Shown here piece after piece: positions 18,622-28,298 of a DNA stretch of 64,000 bases (positions within the stretch are counted from its first letter, which is position 1; every line of letters starts with the position of its first letter). This DNA is from Spirochaetia bacterium (lineage in GTDB: Bacteria; Spirochaetota; Spirochaetia; SZUA-6; Bin103). The stretch covers positions 7,104,001 to 7,168,000 of the forward strand of contig CBDBDQ010000005.1 of NCBI GenBank assembly GCA_965203905.1, in the 5' to 3' direction. The translations under genes and the position numbers were made by a program. The notes below the pieces were generated by a model, which did not search any database, had not been told where the DNA came from, and saw only the letters and a list, made by a program, of their open reading frames with translations.

Positions 18622-20043
18622 CTACGGCGCCTCGCCGCTCGCTGCGCCGCGTGCCGGCTGCGCGCCGAATGCCTGGCGCCCGATCGTTTCCAGAGGCGCC
18701 GGCGCGCCCGGCTCCGGCGGCGTGCTGGCCGCGGCACCGTAGGCGAAGACGACCACGCCGCCGACTCGTTCGCGGCGCGCGAAGTCGATCTGCCGCAGCG
18801 TGGTGTCGACCGGGTTGAGGTAGGCCCCGATCCCCGCCCACAGGCGCTCGCGCTTCCCCGCCGTGATACGCGCGGAGGCGATCCAGTTGTGAAACAGCTC
18901 GGTGTCGGCGGTGTAGGCCATCGGCACCGCCACGTCGATGATTCCGTCGGCCAGCCACGCGGTCCACGCCTGGTAACGTTGTTCGCGCGCCTTGCGCTGG
19001 TCGGCAAGGACGGCCGCCGAGATCAGGAGTTCGGGCCGTAGCGCCTTTACCGCCTCGTAGACGCCCCGCACCAGGTCGGTCACGCTGTCGCGCCGGAATA
19101 CGTCCCAATGCTCGGGCAGAGCGTCCACCATGGCGTAGGGGTCCTGCTCCGCCGCCGCGGCCAGCTCCCGGAAGCGAGCGGCAGGCAGGCGCGGCTCGAC
19201 CCAGACGCGGAAACGCTCCAGGGCGCCGCGCGAGTAGTCGAAGTCAGGCGACGGGAACCGTACGTAGTCGAAGTGGATGCCGTCTACATCGTAGTTGCCG
19301 GCCAGGTCCAGCCACACCTGTTGCAGGCGGCGCTGCACGGCGGGATGCGAAGGGCTGGTGAACAGGCCCTCCAGCTTGGGTACGTTGGCCGCCGCATGGT
19401 CGATGAGCCGGGCTACGTAGTCGACCGTGTGCGGATCCTGGTCGTAGAGTTCGCGACCCAGGATGCGAGGCACCGCCAGCCAGTCGGGATGGGCGTTCAC
19501 CAGGTGCACGGGGCTGCGCGGCGGGTCGACCGGGCCCCACACGAGATGGGTGTTGACCCACGCGTGCACCGCCATGCCGCGAGCGTGCGCTTCCTCGAGT
19601 GCCACCTGCAACGGGTCGAATGCGGGGTCGTCGGGGAGGCTCTCGGCGCGCGGCTCGTGGGCCGATGCATACAGCGCATCACCGCGGCCGCGGACCTGCA
19701 CCAACACGGTGTTGAAGCCACTGGCGTCGGCCTCCGCCACCAGCGCACGCACCTGCTCCGCGCTGCCGAGCGCGGTGCGGACCACCCACAGGGCGCGCAC
19801 CTCGGCGTAACGCCGGAGGGGACGGGTCGGCGCGGCGGCACCCGGACGCGCAGCCGCGGCCGCCACCGAGGCCGGATAGGGGGCCGCTGCCTCGGTCTCG
19901 GCGTGCGCGGGCGAAGGACTGCCCGCCCACAGGGCCGCCAGCAGGGCAGCCGCCAGCAGCTTGGTGAAAGCGGCGGCCGGCGACCGGTGCGACGACTGGC
20001 GAGCAGGCGCGGTCACTCGGTGACGCCGAAGTGGCCACTCCAT
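18622..20043 (-). CDS. glycoside hydrolase-like family 10 (GHL10/DUF187) secreted protein
   Basis: EVRALWV, NTVLVQVRGRGDA, FDPL, AHARGMAVHAW, YDVDGIHFDYVRFP, PMAY; signal peptide; start uncertain. Confidence 0.85.
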   Translation of the reverse strand: MEWPLRRHRVTAPARQSSHRSPAAAFTKLLAAALLAALWAGSPSPAHAETEAAAPYPASVAAAAARPGAAAPTRPLRRYAEVRALWVVRTALGSAEQVRALVAEADASGFNTVLVQVRGRGDALYASAHEPRAESLPDDPAFDPLQVALEEAHARGMAVHAWVNTHLVWGPVDPPRSPVHLVNAHPDWLAVPRILGRELYDQDPHTVDYVARLIDHAAANVPKLEGLFTSPSHPAVQRRLQQVWLDLAGNYDVDGIHFDYVRFPSPDFDYSRGALERFRVWVEPRLPAARFRELAAAAEQDPYAMVDALPEHWDVFRRDSVTDLVRGVYEAVKALRPELLISAAVLADQRKAREQRYQAWTAWLADGIIDVAVPMAYTADTELFHNWIASARITAGKRERLWAGIGAYLNPVDTTLRQIDFARRERVGGVVVFAYGAAASTPPEPGAPAPLETIGRQAFGAQPARGAASGEAP

Positions 20044-20101
20044 GGCGCCGGAAACCATGGTAAACGGGTGCACCTGGTTCATCTGCTGGACATGGTTCGG
20101 A

Positions 20102-21061
20102 CTAGGCAGGTTGTAGCGCGTGGCTGCCGGCAACCTGGCCATGGATGTCGGTGCCCACCACCTCGCTCCAGCGCTCCAGCACGCGCCGCCACACCGGTCC
20201 GGGCCTGCCGTCGCCGATCGGCACCCCGTTGAAGCGCGCCACCGGAGCCAGGCAGTAGGGGGTGGTCGGCAGCCACGCCTCCTCCGCGTTGAGCACGTCG
20301 TAGGTCTGCAGGTCCTCCTCCACGAAGCCGATACCGAGATCCTCAAGCAGCTCGGTCAGCACCGTCAGGCTCACCCCCCACAGGATATTGTGCCGGCGCG
20401 GAGAAATCACCCTGCCGTCGCGAAAGATGACGAAGTTGGAGCCGCTGGTCTCGGTGATATTGCCGTCCAGGTCCAGGTAGACGGCAACGGCGTCCGGATC
20501 CACGAGGTGCGCCTGGTGGTCGCCGATCCACATGTGCAGCCGGTTGCGGTTCTTGATCTTCGACGACAGCGACGCGGGAGGCCAGTGACGCGGCGCCGGT
20601 GTAACACAGTGCGCACCGCGGGTGAACAGCGGCGCCCACAGGTGGAACGGGAGCGGAAAGGTGTGCTGCACATAGGTTGCCCGCCGTTCACCGGTCAACC
20701 CGGCGGCGCCGGCGTAGACCGGGTTCTCACCCGCGGTGACGTAGTAGACCAGCCCCAGCTCGGCGCCGCCGGCCGCGGCGCGATTGTTGGCGATCAGCCG
20801 GCGCGTCACCTGCATCGACTCGCCGGCATCGATGGGCGGATCGATGTGTGCGTACTTGCAGGAGCGGTACAGCCGCTGCACGTGGTCCTCCAGCCGGTAC
20901 GGCTCGCCGCCGAAGGTGCGCAGGAAGTCGGTAACTGCCGCGCCGAGGATGATGCCGAGATCGTAAATCGGCAGCTTGCACTCCGCCGCCGTGACGAATT
21001 CGCCGTTCAGGAAGGCAAGGGTTTCGCGCCCACCAGCGCCGTCCAGGTGTCCAGGTGTCAT
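20102..21061 (-). CDS. class IV PLP aminotransferase (IlvE/Dat-like)
   Basis: AFLNGEFV, RLEDHVQRL, KIKNRNR, ITETSGSN, ILWGVS. Confidence 0.88.
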   Translation of the reverse strand: MTPGHLDGAGGRETLAFLNGEFVTAAECKLPIYDLGIILGAAVTDFLRTFGGEPYRLEDHVQRLYRSCKYAHIDPPIDAGESMQVTRRLIANNRAAAGGAELGLVYYVTAGENPVYAGAAGLTGERRATYVQHTFPLPFHLWAPLFTRGAHCVTPAPRHWPPASLSSKIKNRNRLHMWIGDHQAHLVDPDAVAVYLDLDGNITETSGSNFVIFRDGRVISPRRHNILWGVSLTVLTELLEDLGIGFVEEDLQTYDVLNAEEAWLPTTPYCLAPVARFNGVPIGDGRPGPVWRRVLERWSEVVGTDIHGQVAGSHALQPA

Positions 21062-21138
21062 GGCCGGATCATGCCCGGAACGGCGCCGATGAGGAAGCGC
21101 ATCCCCAACGCGTGCCGGCTACCGCCCCGAGAGCGTCG

Positions 21139-22437
21139 CTACCGCCACTCGCCGTCGAGCCAGAGGTAGGCGCGCCCGCTGTTGCCAAGCGGGCGGAACG
21201 GTCGCCGCGGCTGCTCCAGCCCTCCCGGCCCCTGCCAGCCGAACAGGGTGAGGCAGCGCGCCACCTCGCTGCCGTCGGCGCGCTCCACCGGCTTGGGGTT
21301 GTTGTACAGCAGGCCATCTTCCGGCACCAGGCGCGCGTCGCGCTGCCAGGTCTCCCCTTCATCGCGCGAGCGCCACCGCTCTATCTCGCCGCCGCCGTAG
21401 CGCAGCCCGGCCCCGTCCACCGTGCCCACGGTCAGGTAGGCGACGATCGAACGATCTGCGTCGCGGCTCACGTGGGAGCCGGACCAGATGTCGTTGGTGC
21501 GCACGATCGGGTGGCGTTCCCACGCGCCATTCCGGTGGCGGACGAAGTAGTACACCACGTCGTTGCGCGTGCTGTCGGATACCGGCACCACGAATGCCGC
21601 GTCCCCCTGCCCCGCTCCCGTGGGTGCGTCCGCCGGAAGAATCGCCGGGTTGAGCGAGTAGCGGTACCCGGTGTCCCACAGCTTGCACGCCTCGCCGCCG
21701 GCCCGCGTCAGCGGCCGCTGCAGCCGGCTTCCGTCGGGTGCGTGCAGCTCGCCCGTAGCCAGCTCCAGGCACACGTAGTAGAGGTGATGGCGCTTGCCGG
21801 TACGCTCGTCCATGTAGTTGAAGCCGATGTGCAGCCACTCGCGGTCCGCGCTCAGGCGGGCGCTGTGGTAGGTGCAGGCCCAGGTGTCGAGGTTGGTCTG
21901 CGGGTTCTGGTCGAAGTCGACCAGCGGCAGGTCCGGGCGGGTCCAGGAGTAGCCGCCGTCGTCGGAGATCTGGTACCCCCAGTTGCCCATGTGCCCGAAG
22001 GTGCGGAAGTAGAGCAGCAGGCGGCCGTCGCCGAGCGGGAACGCTCGGGGATAGGAGATCGAGGGTGCGATCTCCGGACCTGGGCGCCAGGAGGCGATGG
22101 AGTCGGGCTGCTCCGACACCAGGTGCACCCCGCCGTCGGCGCCGTGACAGTGGTAGAGCAAGTGCAGATGGGCCCCGGAGTCGCGCCAGATGATCGGCGC
22201 GAAGTGGTGGTCGTAGCCGCGCACGTGGCCTAGCCTGACCGGCTCCGACCAGCGCCGGCCGCTCACCTCGTAGGCGATGGCGTACGGATGGCCGCGCAGC
22301 GCGGCGTTTTCGCCGCCGGTGGAGTGGTAGACGATGTGGATCGTGTCCTCGTGCCACAGCGCCTGTGGGCCCATGCGCAGGTCGTAGACCATCTTCTCGG
22401 TGCCGTGGCGGGCGAACGGCCGTGCCGCGGAAGTCAT
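21139..22437 (-). CDS. BNR-4 repeat-containing protein
   Basis: DHHFAP..HLHL..HCHG, ISYP, SDDGGYSW, SRDEGETW. Confidence 0.8.
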   Translation of the reverse strand: MTSAARPFARHGTEKMVYDLRMGPQALWHEDTIHIVYHSTGGENAALRGHPYAIAYEVSGRRWSEPVRLGHVRGYDHHFAPIIWRDSGAHLHLLYHCHGADGGVHLVSEQPDSIASWRPGPEIAPSISYPRAFPLGDGRLLLYFRTFGHMGNWGYQISDDGGYSWTRPDLPLVDFDQNPQTNLDTWACTYHSARLSADREWLHIGFNYMDERTGKRHHLYYVCLELATGELHAPDGSRLQRPLTRAGGEACKLWDTGYRYSLNPAILPADAPTGAGQGDAAFVVPVSDSTRNDVVYYFVRHRNGAWERHPIVRTNDIWSGSHVSRDADRSIVAYLTVGTVDGAGLRYGGGEIERWRSRDEGETWQRDARLVPEDGLLYNNPKPVERADGSEVARCLTLFGWQGPGGLEQPRRPFRPLGNSGRAYLWLDGEWR

Positions 22438-22500
22438 CGGCCGGATCCTATACCAATTAGCCCGGCGCCGCGGTGCGCGGCGCCGGGGTATGATCGGGGT

Positions 22501-23457
22501 GTGGCAATTCTGATCACCGGTGGTGCCGGGTTCATCGGCAGGACGCTGGCGCGTCACTTCGTCGCCGCGGGACGGGAGGTGCTGGCCTTCGACATGGCGC
22601 CGCCCGAGGCGGCCGCAAGCGCCGACTGGCCGGCAGGAGTGGGCTATGTCAGCGGCGACATTCGCGATCCCGCGACGGTGCGGGCGGCGGTGGAGCGCAG
22701 CGGCGAGCAGGATCCCATCGTCCACCTGGCGGGCATGCTGACCGCCGGCTGCGACCGCGACCCGGCGGCGGGCATGGCGGTGAATGTCGGCGGCAGCTTC
22801 CACGTGCTGGATGCGGCGCGTGCATGCGGTGGACGGCGGGTGGTGCTGGCCAGCACCATCGGCGTGTACGGTCGCGACCTGCCGCAGCCGATTGACGAGA
22901 CCATGGCCACCGAGCCGGACGGCTGGTACGGGTACACCAAGCGCTGCGCCGAGGAGATGGGGCTGCTGCACGTGCGCCGCCACGGCATGGACGTGCGCGC
23001 CGTCCGCATGGCGGCGGTGACCGGCCCGTTCCGGCAGGCGGCCGGATCGGCGAGCCTGTTCACCTCCCTGATCCCCGAGAAGGCGGCGCGCGGTGAGCCC
23101 TACGCCGTCGAGGTGAGCGAGGACACCGCCTATCCCGTGGTCTACGTGGACGACGCGGTCAGCGCCCTGGCCCGCCTGGCCACCGCAAGGGAGGCTCCGC
23201 AGCGCATCTACAACGTCGCCTCCGGCCGGGTGGTGGTGCGCGATATGATCGCCCACGTCCGGCGGATCCTGCCGCAGGCACAGTTCACGTTCGCTCCGGA
23301 TCCGGTGATCATGCAGGTGGTGAGCGGCTACCGCGAGTGGCACATCGACTGCCGGCGCATCGCCGCCGAGCTGGGCTGGGTGCCGCGCTTCGGCGTCCGC
23401 GAAATGGTGGACGACATCATCCGCCGCGTGCGCGACAGCCAGCGGGAGCGCCCGTAG
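22501..23457 (+). CDS. NAD-dependent epimerase/dehydratase
   Basis: TGGAGFIG, HLAG, YGYTK (YxxxK). Confidence 0.9.
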   Translation: MAILITGGAGFIGRTLARHFVAAGREVLAFDMAPPEAAASADWPAGVGYVSGDIRDPATVRAAVERSGEQDPIVHLAGMLTAGCDRDPAAGMAVNVGGSFHVLDAARACGGRRVVLASTIGVYGRDLPQPIDETMATEPDGWYGYTKRCAEEMGLLHVRRHGMDVRAVRMAAVTGPFRQAAGSASLFTSLIPEKAARGEPYAVEVSEDTAYPVVYVDDAVSALARLATAREAPQRIYNVASGRVVVRDMIAHVRRILPQAQFTFAPDPVIMQVVSGYREWHIDCRRIAAELGWVPRFGVREMVDDIIRRVRDSQRERP

Positions 23458-23476
23458 CGCCGCCGGCGCCGCCGCC

Positions 23477-24934
23477 TTACCAGATCGAGGCCATCTCCCA
23501 GGCATCGAGCGAGACCACGGTTGCGCTGCCGGATACGGCGAATGCCGCCACCGCGAGGTCCTCCTCGGGCGGGTAGTCTACGCGGGTGACGGCGGCCGCC
23601 CCGTCCTGGACAAACAGCTCCATCACCGAGTGGTCCAGGAACAGGTGCAGCCGGAGCGTCTCGCCGGCGCGGAGCCGCAGCGGCAGGCGGGTGCCGGCCA
23701 CGTCCAGCGTACCGGCGACATAGTTGATCGCCAGGCCGCCGGAGCCGTCTTCCCGGCAGCGCACCCTCAGCCCGCAGCTCGCCGCATCCCGCGGGGCCAG
23801 CTCGGCGACGATCTCCAGCGCCTTGCCGCGTGCTTCCGGGATGAGTCGCACGCCGTCCTCGAGCGCCAGGCGCTCGACGCGGGTATGCCGCCGACGCAGG
23901 CGGCTCAGCTCCGGCAGCGGCGTCTGGATCAGGCGGCCGCCCTCGAGGCCCAGCACTCGCGGCAACGACATGCAGCCACGCCAGCCGCGTCCCTCCGCGA
24001 AGCCGCTCACCCAGCCCACCAGAACGGTGCGCCCGCCGGGGCCACCCGCCGGGTCGACGAAGGCCGAGGTGCCGTAGAGGCCGCGCGAGTAGCGGTCCGG
24101 TTGCACGTCGCCGCCATAGCCGTGGTCGAGGATGCGTGGCGGGCCGGCCGCGGCGAACGTCACCGCATCCGGATCGAAGCGGCCCAGCAGGTAGCTGATC
24201 GGATAGGTGGAGCGGATCAGCACGTAGCGCCCCTGCAGGGTGAACACGTTGGGGCACTCGCCGGCCACCCCCTCCTCGGCCGCCGCGATCGAGCCGGTGC
24301 CGCCCAGGTGGCCCAGCGCCCGCCACGCGGTCAGCTCCTGGTTCTGCGCCTCGCATACCAGCCCGTGGCTCTGCTTGAAGGTGGCGAACACGCGGTCACC
24401 GTGGTCGAACAGGTAGATGTCGGCCCAGATGGCGGGGATGTCGGCGGGCACCCCGCTGGTGCCGGGGGTCAGCCCCAGGTCGACCGTCCGCCAGGTGATC
24501 AGGTCGTCGTCGACCGGCAGGGCGCCGCGCGGCTCGCGCTTGTGCTCCGGGAAGTCGAGCGGCGTATGGGTGTAGAACAGCATCGGCACGCCGTCGGTGC
24601 GGATCCACGAGCTGCCGGACGCGAACGCCCGCGCGCCGTCCTCCGGCCGCGGCAGCAGCGCCGGCGGCAGGAACTCCCAGTGCACCAGGTCACGGCTGCG
24701 TGCGTGGCCCCACCCCATGCCCACCTTCACCGCCGCGATGTCATCCGACCAGGGCAGGAACTGAAAGAAGACGTGGTACCAGCCGCGGTGGTGGAACGCG
24801 CCGTGCACGTCGTTCATCCACTGCGCCGGCGGCAGGAAGTGGTAAACCGGGCGCGCCGGATCGGCGGCTGCACGCGGCGCGGCCTCCGCCACCGCCGCCA
24901 GCGCACGCCGCCGCAGCTCGTCGAGTTCCACCAT
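23477..24934 (-). CDS. glycoside hydrolase family 32 protein
   Basis: RPVYHF..WMND, WGHARSRDLVHW, ECP, MSLPR, FLDHSVMELF. Confidence 0.9.
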   Translation of the reverse strand: MVELDELRRRALAAVAEAAPRAAADPARPVYHFLPPAQWMNDVHGAFHHRGWYHVFFQFLPWSDDIAAVKVGMGWGHARSRDLVHWEFLPPALLPRPEDGARAFASGSSWIRTDGVPMLFYTHTPLDFPEHKREPRGALPVDDDLITWRTVDLGLTPGTSGVPADIPAIWADIYLFDHGDRVFATFKQSHGLVCEAQNQELTAWRALGHLGGTGSIAAAEEGVAGECPNVFTLQGRYVLIRSTYPISYLLGRFDPDAVTFAAAGPPRILDHGYGGDVQPDRYSRGLYGTSAFVDPAGGPGGRTVLVGWVSGFAEGRGWRGCMSLPRVLGLEGGRLIQTPLPELSRLRRRHTRVERLALEDGVRLIPEARGKALEIVAELAPRDAASCGLRVRCREDGSGGLAINYVAGTLDVAGTRLPLRLRAGETLRLHLFLDHSVMELFVQDGAAAVTRVDYPPEEDLAVAAFAVSGSATVVSLDAWEMASIW

Positions 24935-25019
24935 GGCGCGAGTCCGCAAATCATGCCCAGCACGCGAACCAAGTGCACCGGTTTTCATGGTTTCTGACGT
25001 CACGGGGTGGCCTTGCGCA

Positions 25020-26213
25020 CTACTCTGCCACCCGTTGCCGCGATTCGGCAACCTCACCCAGTCCCAGTTCCTGCAAGGCCTCGCGCCAGTGCAGGCACAG
25101 CACGCCACCAATCTGCATCCGCCCCGGATCCCTGCTGATGCACAGGGCCAGCGGGCGGCCGAAGTCACCCGCGAACCGCCTCAAGCCGCGCGTGTCGCGC
25201 TCGTCGATGCGGTCGGACGACTTGATCTCGATCAGCACTACCGGCATAGCGGGCCGCTCGATCACCAGGTCGATCTCCACCCCGGCTCCGGTCTGCAGGT
25301 AGAACAGCCTCCAGTCAGGGTATCGGTACCTCGACAGGTGCAGAATCTGGGTGATGACGAAGTGTTCGAATGCCTTGCCGAATTCGTAGGTCCCGGCGCG
25401 AAGCGGCACCTCCAGCGTCCGCTCCAGCGACCGTTTGACGCCGATGTCGAAGTAGTAGAACTTCGGATTCGTGCGCTGCTGCTTCCTGATCGAGCGGTGG
25501 TAGGCGGGCAGGTGAAAGCCCACCAGCGTGTCTTCCAGGATGCTGAAATAGGAAATGATGGTCTTGGGATCCGCTCCCACGTCGCGTGCGATGTTGGCAT
25601 AGTTGATGATGGTGCCGTTCGACTGCGCCGCGACCTCGAGAAACTCGCGAAACGGATCGAGCCGTCTGATAATCTGCTCGGCGACGATCTCTTCCTTCAG
25701 GTAGGTAAGGGCGTACGCGCGAAGGTAGGCCCGCTTTTCCTCTCCGCCCGCCAAAGAGTAGATCTTCGGCAGCGTGCCCCAGTGCAGGGCGTCGTCGAGA
25801 ACGAACGCGTCCTGCAACTCCGGAACGGTAAACGGGTAGAGGTTGTACACGAACGCTCGTCCCGCCAGCAGATTGGAGGCCCCCCTTCTGAACTTCCTGC
25901 CGCTCGATCCGGTGAGCACGAACCGCTTTCTGGTGCTCTCGATCAGCCGATGAGCCACGTCCAGCAGTCGAGGCGCGCGCTGCACCTCGTCGATCAGGAT
26001 CCACTCGACCGATGCGGGCAGCGCTCTGACCTCACCCTCCAGCCGGCCGGGGCTCCTCCGGTAGCGATCCTCCACCTCCGGGTCCAGCAGATCCACGTAC
26101 CACGACGCGTCCGGATCGAACGCTTTACCGATGTAGGTGGTCTTGCCGGTGCCGCGTGCACCGAACAGAAAGAACGAATTGCGGCGGCTGACCCGCAGAA
26201 GCCGGCGAAACAC
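25020..26213 (-). CDS. ATP-binding protein (AAA_14 + DUF4143)
   Basis: GARGTGKTT, IDEVQR, LTGSS, LAGR, KFYYFDIG, EIDL, IEIKS. Confidence 0.9.
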   Translation of the reverse strand: MFRRLLRVSRRNSFFLFGARGTGKTTYIGKAFDPDASWYVDLLDPEVEDRYRRSPGRLEGEVRALPASVEWILIDEVQRAPRLLDVAHRLIESTRKRFVLTGSSGRKFRRGASNLLAGRAFVYNLYPFTVPELQDAFVLDDALHWGTLPKIYSLAGGEEKRAYLRAYALTYLKEEIVAEQIIRRLDPFREFLEVAAQSNGTIINYANIARDVGADPKTIISYFSILEDTLVGFHLPAYHRSIRKQQRTNPKFYYFDIGVKRSLERTLEVPLRAGTYEFGKAFEHFVITQILHLSRYRYPDWRLFYLQTGAGVEIDLVIERPAMPVVLIEIKSSDRIDERDTRGLRRFAGDFGRPLALCISRDPGRMQIGGVLCLHWREALQELGLGEVAESRQRVAE

Positions 26214-26217
26214 CGGA

Positions 26218-26277
26218 ATATCCTATTCGAAAAAAGGATCATGGTCCGTATATCCGTTAGAAAAACGGAGTATGGTC
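26218..26277. repeat. imperfect ~32-bp tandem repeat upstream of the AAA_14 gene
   Basis: ATATCCTATTCGAAAAAAGGATCATGGTC and ATATCCGTTAGAAAAACGGAGTATGGTC, each internally palindromic. Confidence 0.6.
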
Positions 26278-26386
26278 TGCATATCGCCCGCCGCATGGAG
26301 CCCTTCCCTGCCGGTTGGCGGCGCGCCGTCGGCGTGGTCGACACCATCGCGGCCAACATCACGCCTCGGTGCGGCCGGCGGACTGG

Positions 26387-27223
26387 TCAGGGCCTGCCGT
26401 TGCGCTCTACGAGAGCTTTCAGGGGGACGTCGGCTTCCTTGGGCAGGTAGTAGCTCAGCGGGTCGCTCACCGCGCCAAGCAGTTGCCGCTGGATCGGGTT
26501 GCTGCGGGCAAGCAGCTCCTCCGGCATCACGACGTAGTCCATCGGCTTCACCCAGCGGTAGGCGTAACCGATGAAGATCGTCTTGCGTGCGGTGCCCGAC
26601 CAGTTGCGTCCGATGCCGTGCCAGGTGCGCTGCTCGAAGATGAAGGCATCTCCGGCCTCGACGTTCATGCTCACGGCGCCGCGCGGCCAACCCGTCTCCG
26701 GATCGACCGCCGGGCGGCCCGAGAGCCGGTTGCTGCCGGGCACCAGGACGGTGGCCCCCGAGGCGGGGTCGGACTGATCGCTGATCGCGTACGCGATCTT
26801 CAGCAGGATGCGCGGGTGCGGCTCCTGCATCTCGGCATACGAGGTGCCTCCGTCGCGATGCAGCCCGACGTGGCCCTTCTCGTCCGGAGCCGGCTCGGGG
26901 CCGGAGGGCAGCACGATCAGGTGCGAAGTGTTGAGCTGAATGTTCCAATTGAGGATGCCCCACGCGAGCGGAGCGGTGGCCGGCCAGTCGAGCAACCGGA
27001 AGAACGCCTCGTGGTGCACGATGCAGTTGCGCAACTCGAACTTGCCGTCGTCGTGCAGTTTCCCCTCGGCCGGCCCGCGGGCACGGACTTCTTCGACGGC
27101 GGCATCGATTTCGTCGACCGCCTCCAGCGGCAGAGCGCCCTTGATCACCAAGTAGCCATTGTCTTCGAAGAAGGTGCGCTGCTCGGCGCTGAGCTCGACA
27201 TAGCCGGGGGAAGGAGCGTTCAT
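26387..27223 (-). CDS. phytanoyl-CoA dioxygenase (PhyH) family Fe(II)/2OG enzyme
   Basis: FEDNGYL, LHRD (HxD), PGSN, AGDA..F, WHG, R. Confidence 0.9.
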   Translation of the reverse strand: MNAPSPGYVELSAEQRTFFEDNGYLVIKGALPLEAVDEIDAAVEEVRARGPAEGKLHDDGKFELRNCIVHHEAFFRLLDWPATAPLAWGILNWNIQLNTSHLIVLPSGPEPAPDEKGHVGLHRDGGTSYAEMQEPHPRILLKIAYAISDQSDPASGATVLVPGSNRLSGRPAVDPETGWPRGAVSMNVEAGDAFIFEQRTWHGIGRNWSGTARKTIFIGYAYRWVKPMDYVVMPEELLARSNPIQRQLLGAVSDPLSYYLPKEADVPLKALVERNGRP

Positions 27224-27329
27224 GGCAAGTTACCGGTTTACGTTGACCTACGTGCCACCTCGCGTCAACCGAGCGCGCTACCTACGCTACCTGCCCCGCC
27301 CGATTGTACGTAGCTCCTAGCGCCCCGAA

Positions 27330-27770
27330 ACCGCCGCCTGCCGGGGACGCCGGGGAATCCGGCCGCCACCTCGATGCCGCGCGCCGCCAACATCGCCCGC
27401 GCGATACCGCGCGCCCTTCCGCCCGGCTCCGGCGGCGCTGCGAGCCCAGTAGGAGATCGTTGTCCGGCCCGGTGCCTTCCCGCTCCCCGAGCACCGTTCC
27501 CACCCGCTCCAGCACCGCGCTGGTCCGTGCCGAGAGCGTCTCCTCGTTCAACGCGGCGTGGACCTCCGCCCCCGTCCAGCCGGAAACGCCCGGCTCCGCG
27601 CCGGCTCCCGACATGCCCCATCCTCCAGCAAGTAGATGGTCAGCCCCGACCGCCGGCTCCGCGAACGGCCCATCGTGCGCGCCTCCGGCACCTCCACCCA
27701 CACCTCCGGGAACCCCCACGCGCATACTGCACCAGCTTGCGCCGACGCACGTCGGTGGTATGGTCCACTG
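27330..27770 (-). pseudogene. Uma2-like endonuclease remnant (C-terminal half, frameshifted)
   Basis: VDHTTDVRRRKL / WGFPEVWVEVP / GWTGAEVHAALNE / REGTGPD segments spread over three frames; truncated where AT-rich DNA begins. Confidence 0.6.
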
Positions 27771-28298
27771 TTAACCACTAGGTCGTAGGTTCCAGTCCTG
27801 TCGGCGGAGCTTAATTCTTTTTGTGCTAATTAATTATAGTCTCTATCATTCCACTAGCGGTTTTTTTCTGCAGAATTCCTTGACAATAACCAGAATGTAT
27901 GATAGCCGTGCATGTATGGGTCTGAGGTATGATCGTTTCGATAGACCTAATCAGATCATCAGTCTTTTTTTAGTCGCGGAGATAATCTATATGGCGCGAC
28001 CGTCGAAGTACCTCGGCGCTTTTACAATGTCAACGTCTAAAATTGTCAGAGTTGAATCCCACCACACTTTGCATGCGTTGAATCTTATTGATTCAATCGT
28101 TACAAAATGTAGCGGAACGGCAGGTTATTTGGAACTACTCGGCAATTGTGGAGTTCTCACACCGTTCGTAAGTAAATACAAGGAGGCAAACCCAAACAAT
28201 ATTAAACTGGTACGCAATAGGTCCTTTCGAAGATTGCTGGCCTGATTGCAGGCATTGGCAATTCAATAACGTCAGACTCTGAAAAGCTAAGGGCGAAG

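Noticed and set aside
359-27200. Many long antisense or alternate-frame ORFs (e.g. 8042-10054, 4087-5505 extension, 24933-26450)
   Set aside because: Shadow ORFs expected in high-GC DNA; they overlap genes with clear family motifs and are R/A/P/G-rich without motifs
27823-28245. 140-aa ORF in AT-rich region
   Set aside because: No recognisable motifs or SD; more likely the promoter/operator region of the SBP operon
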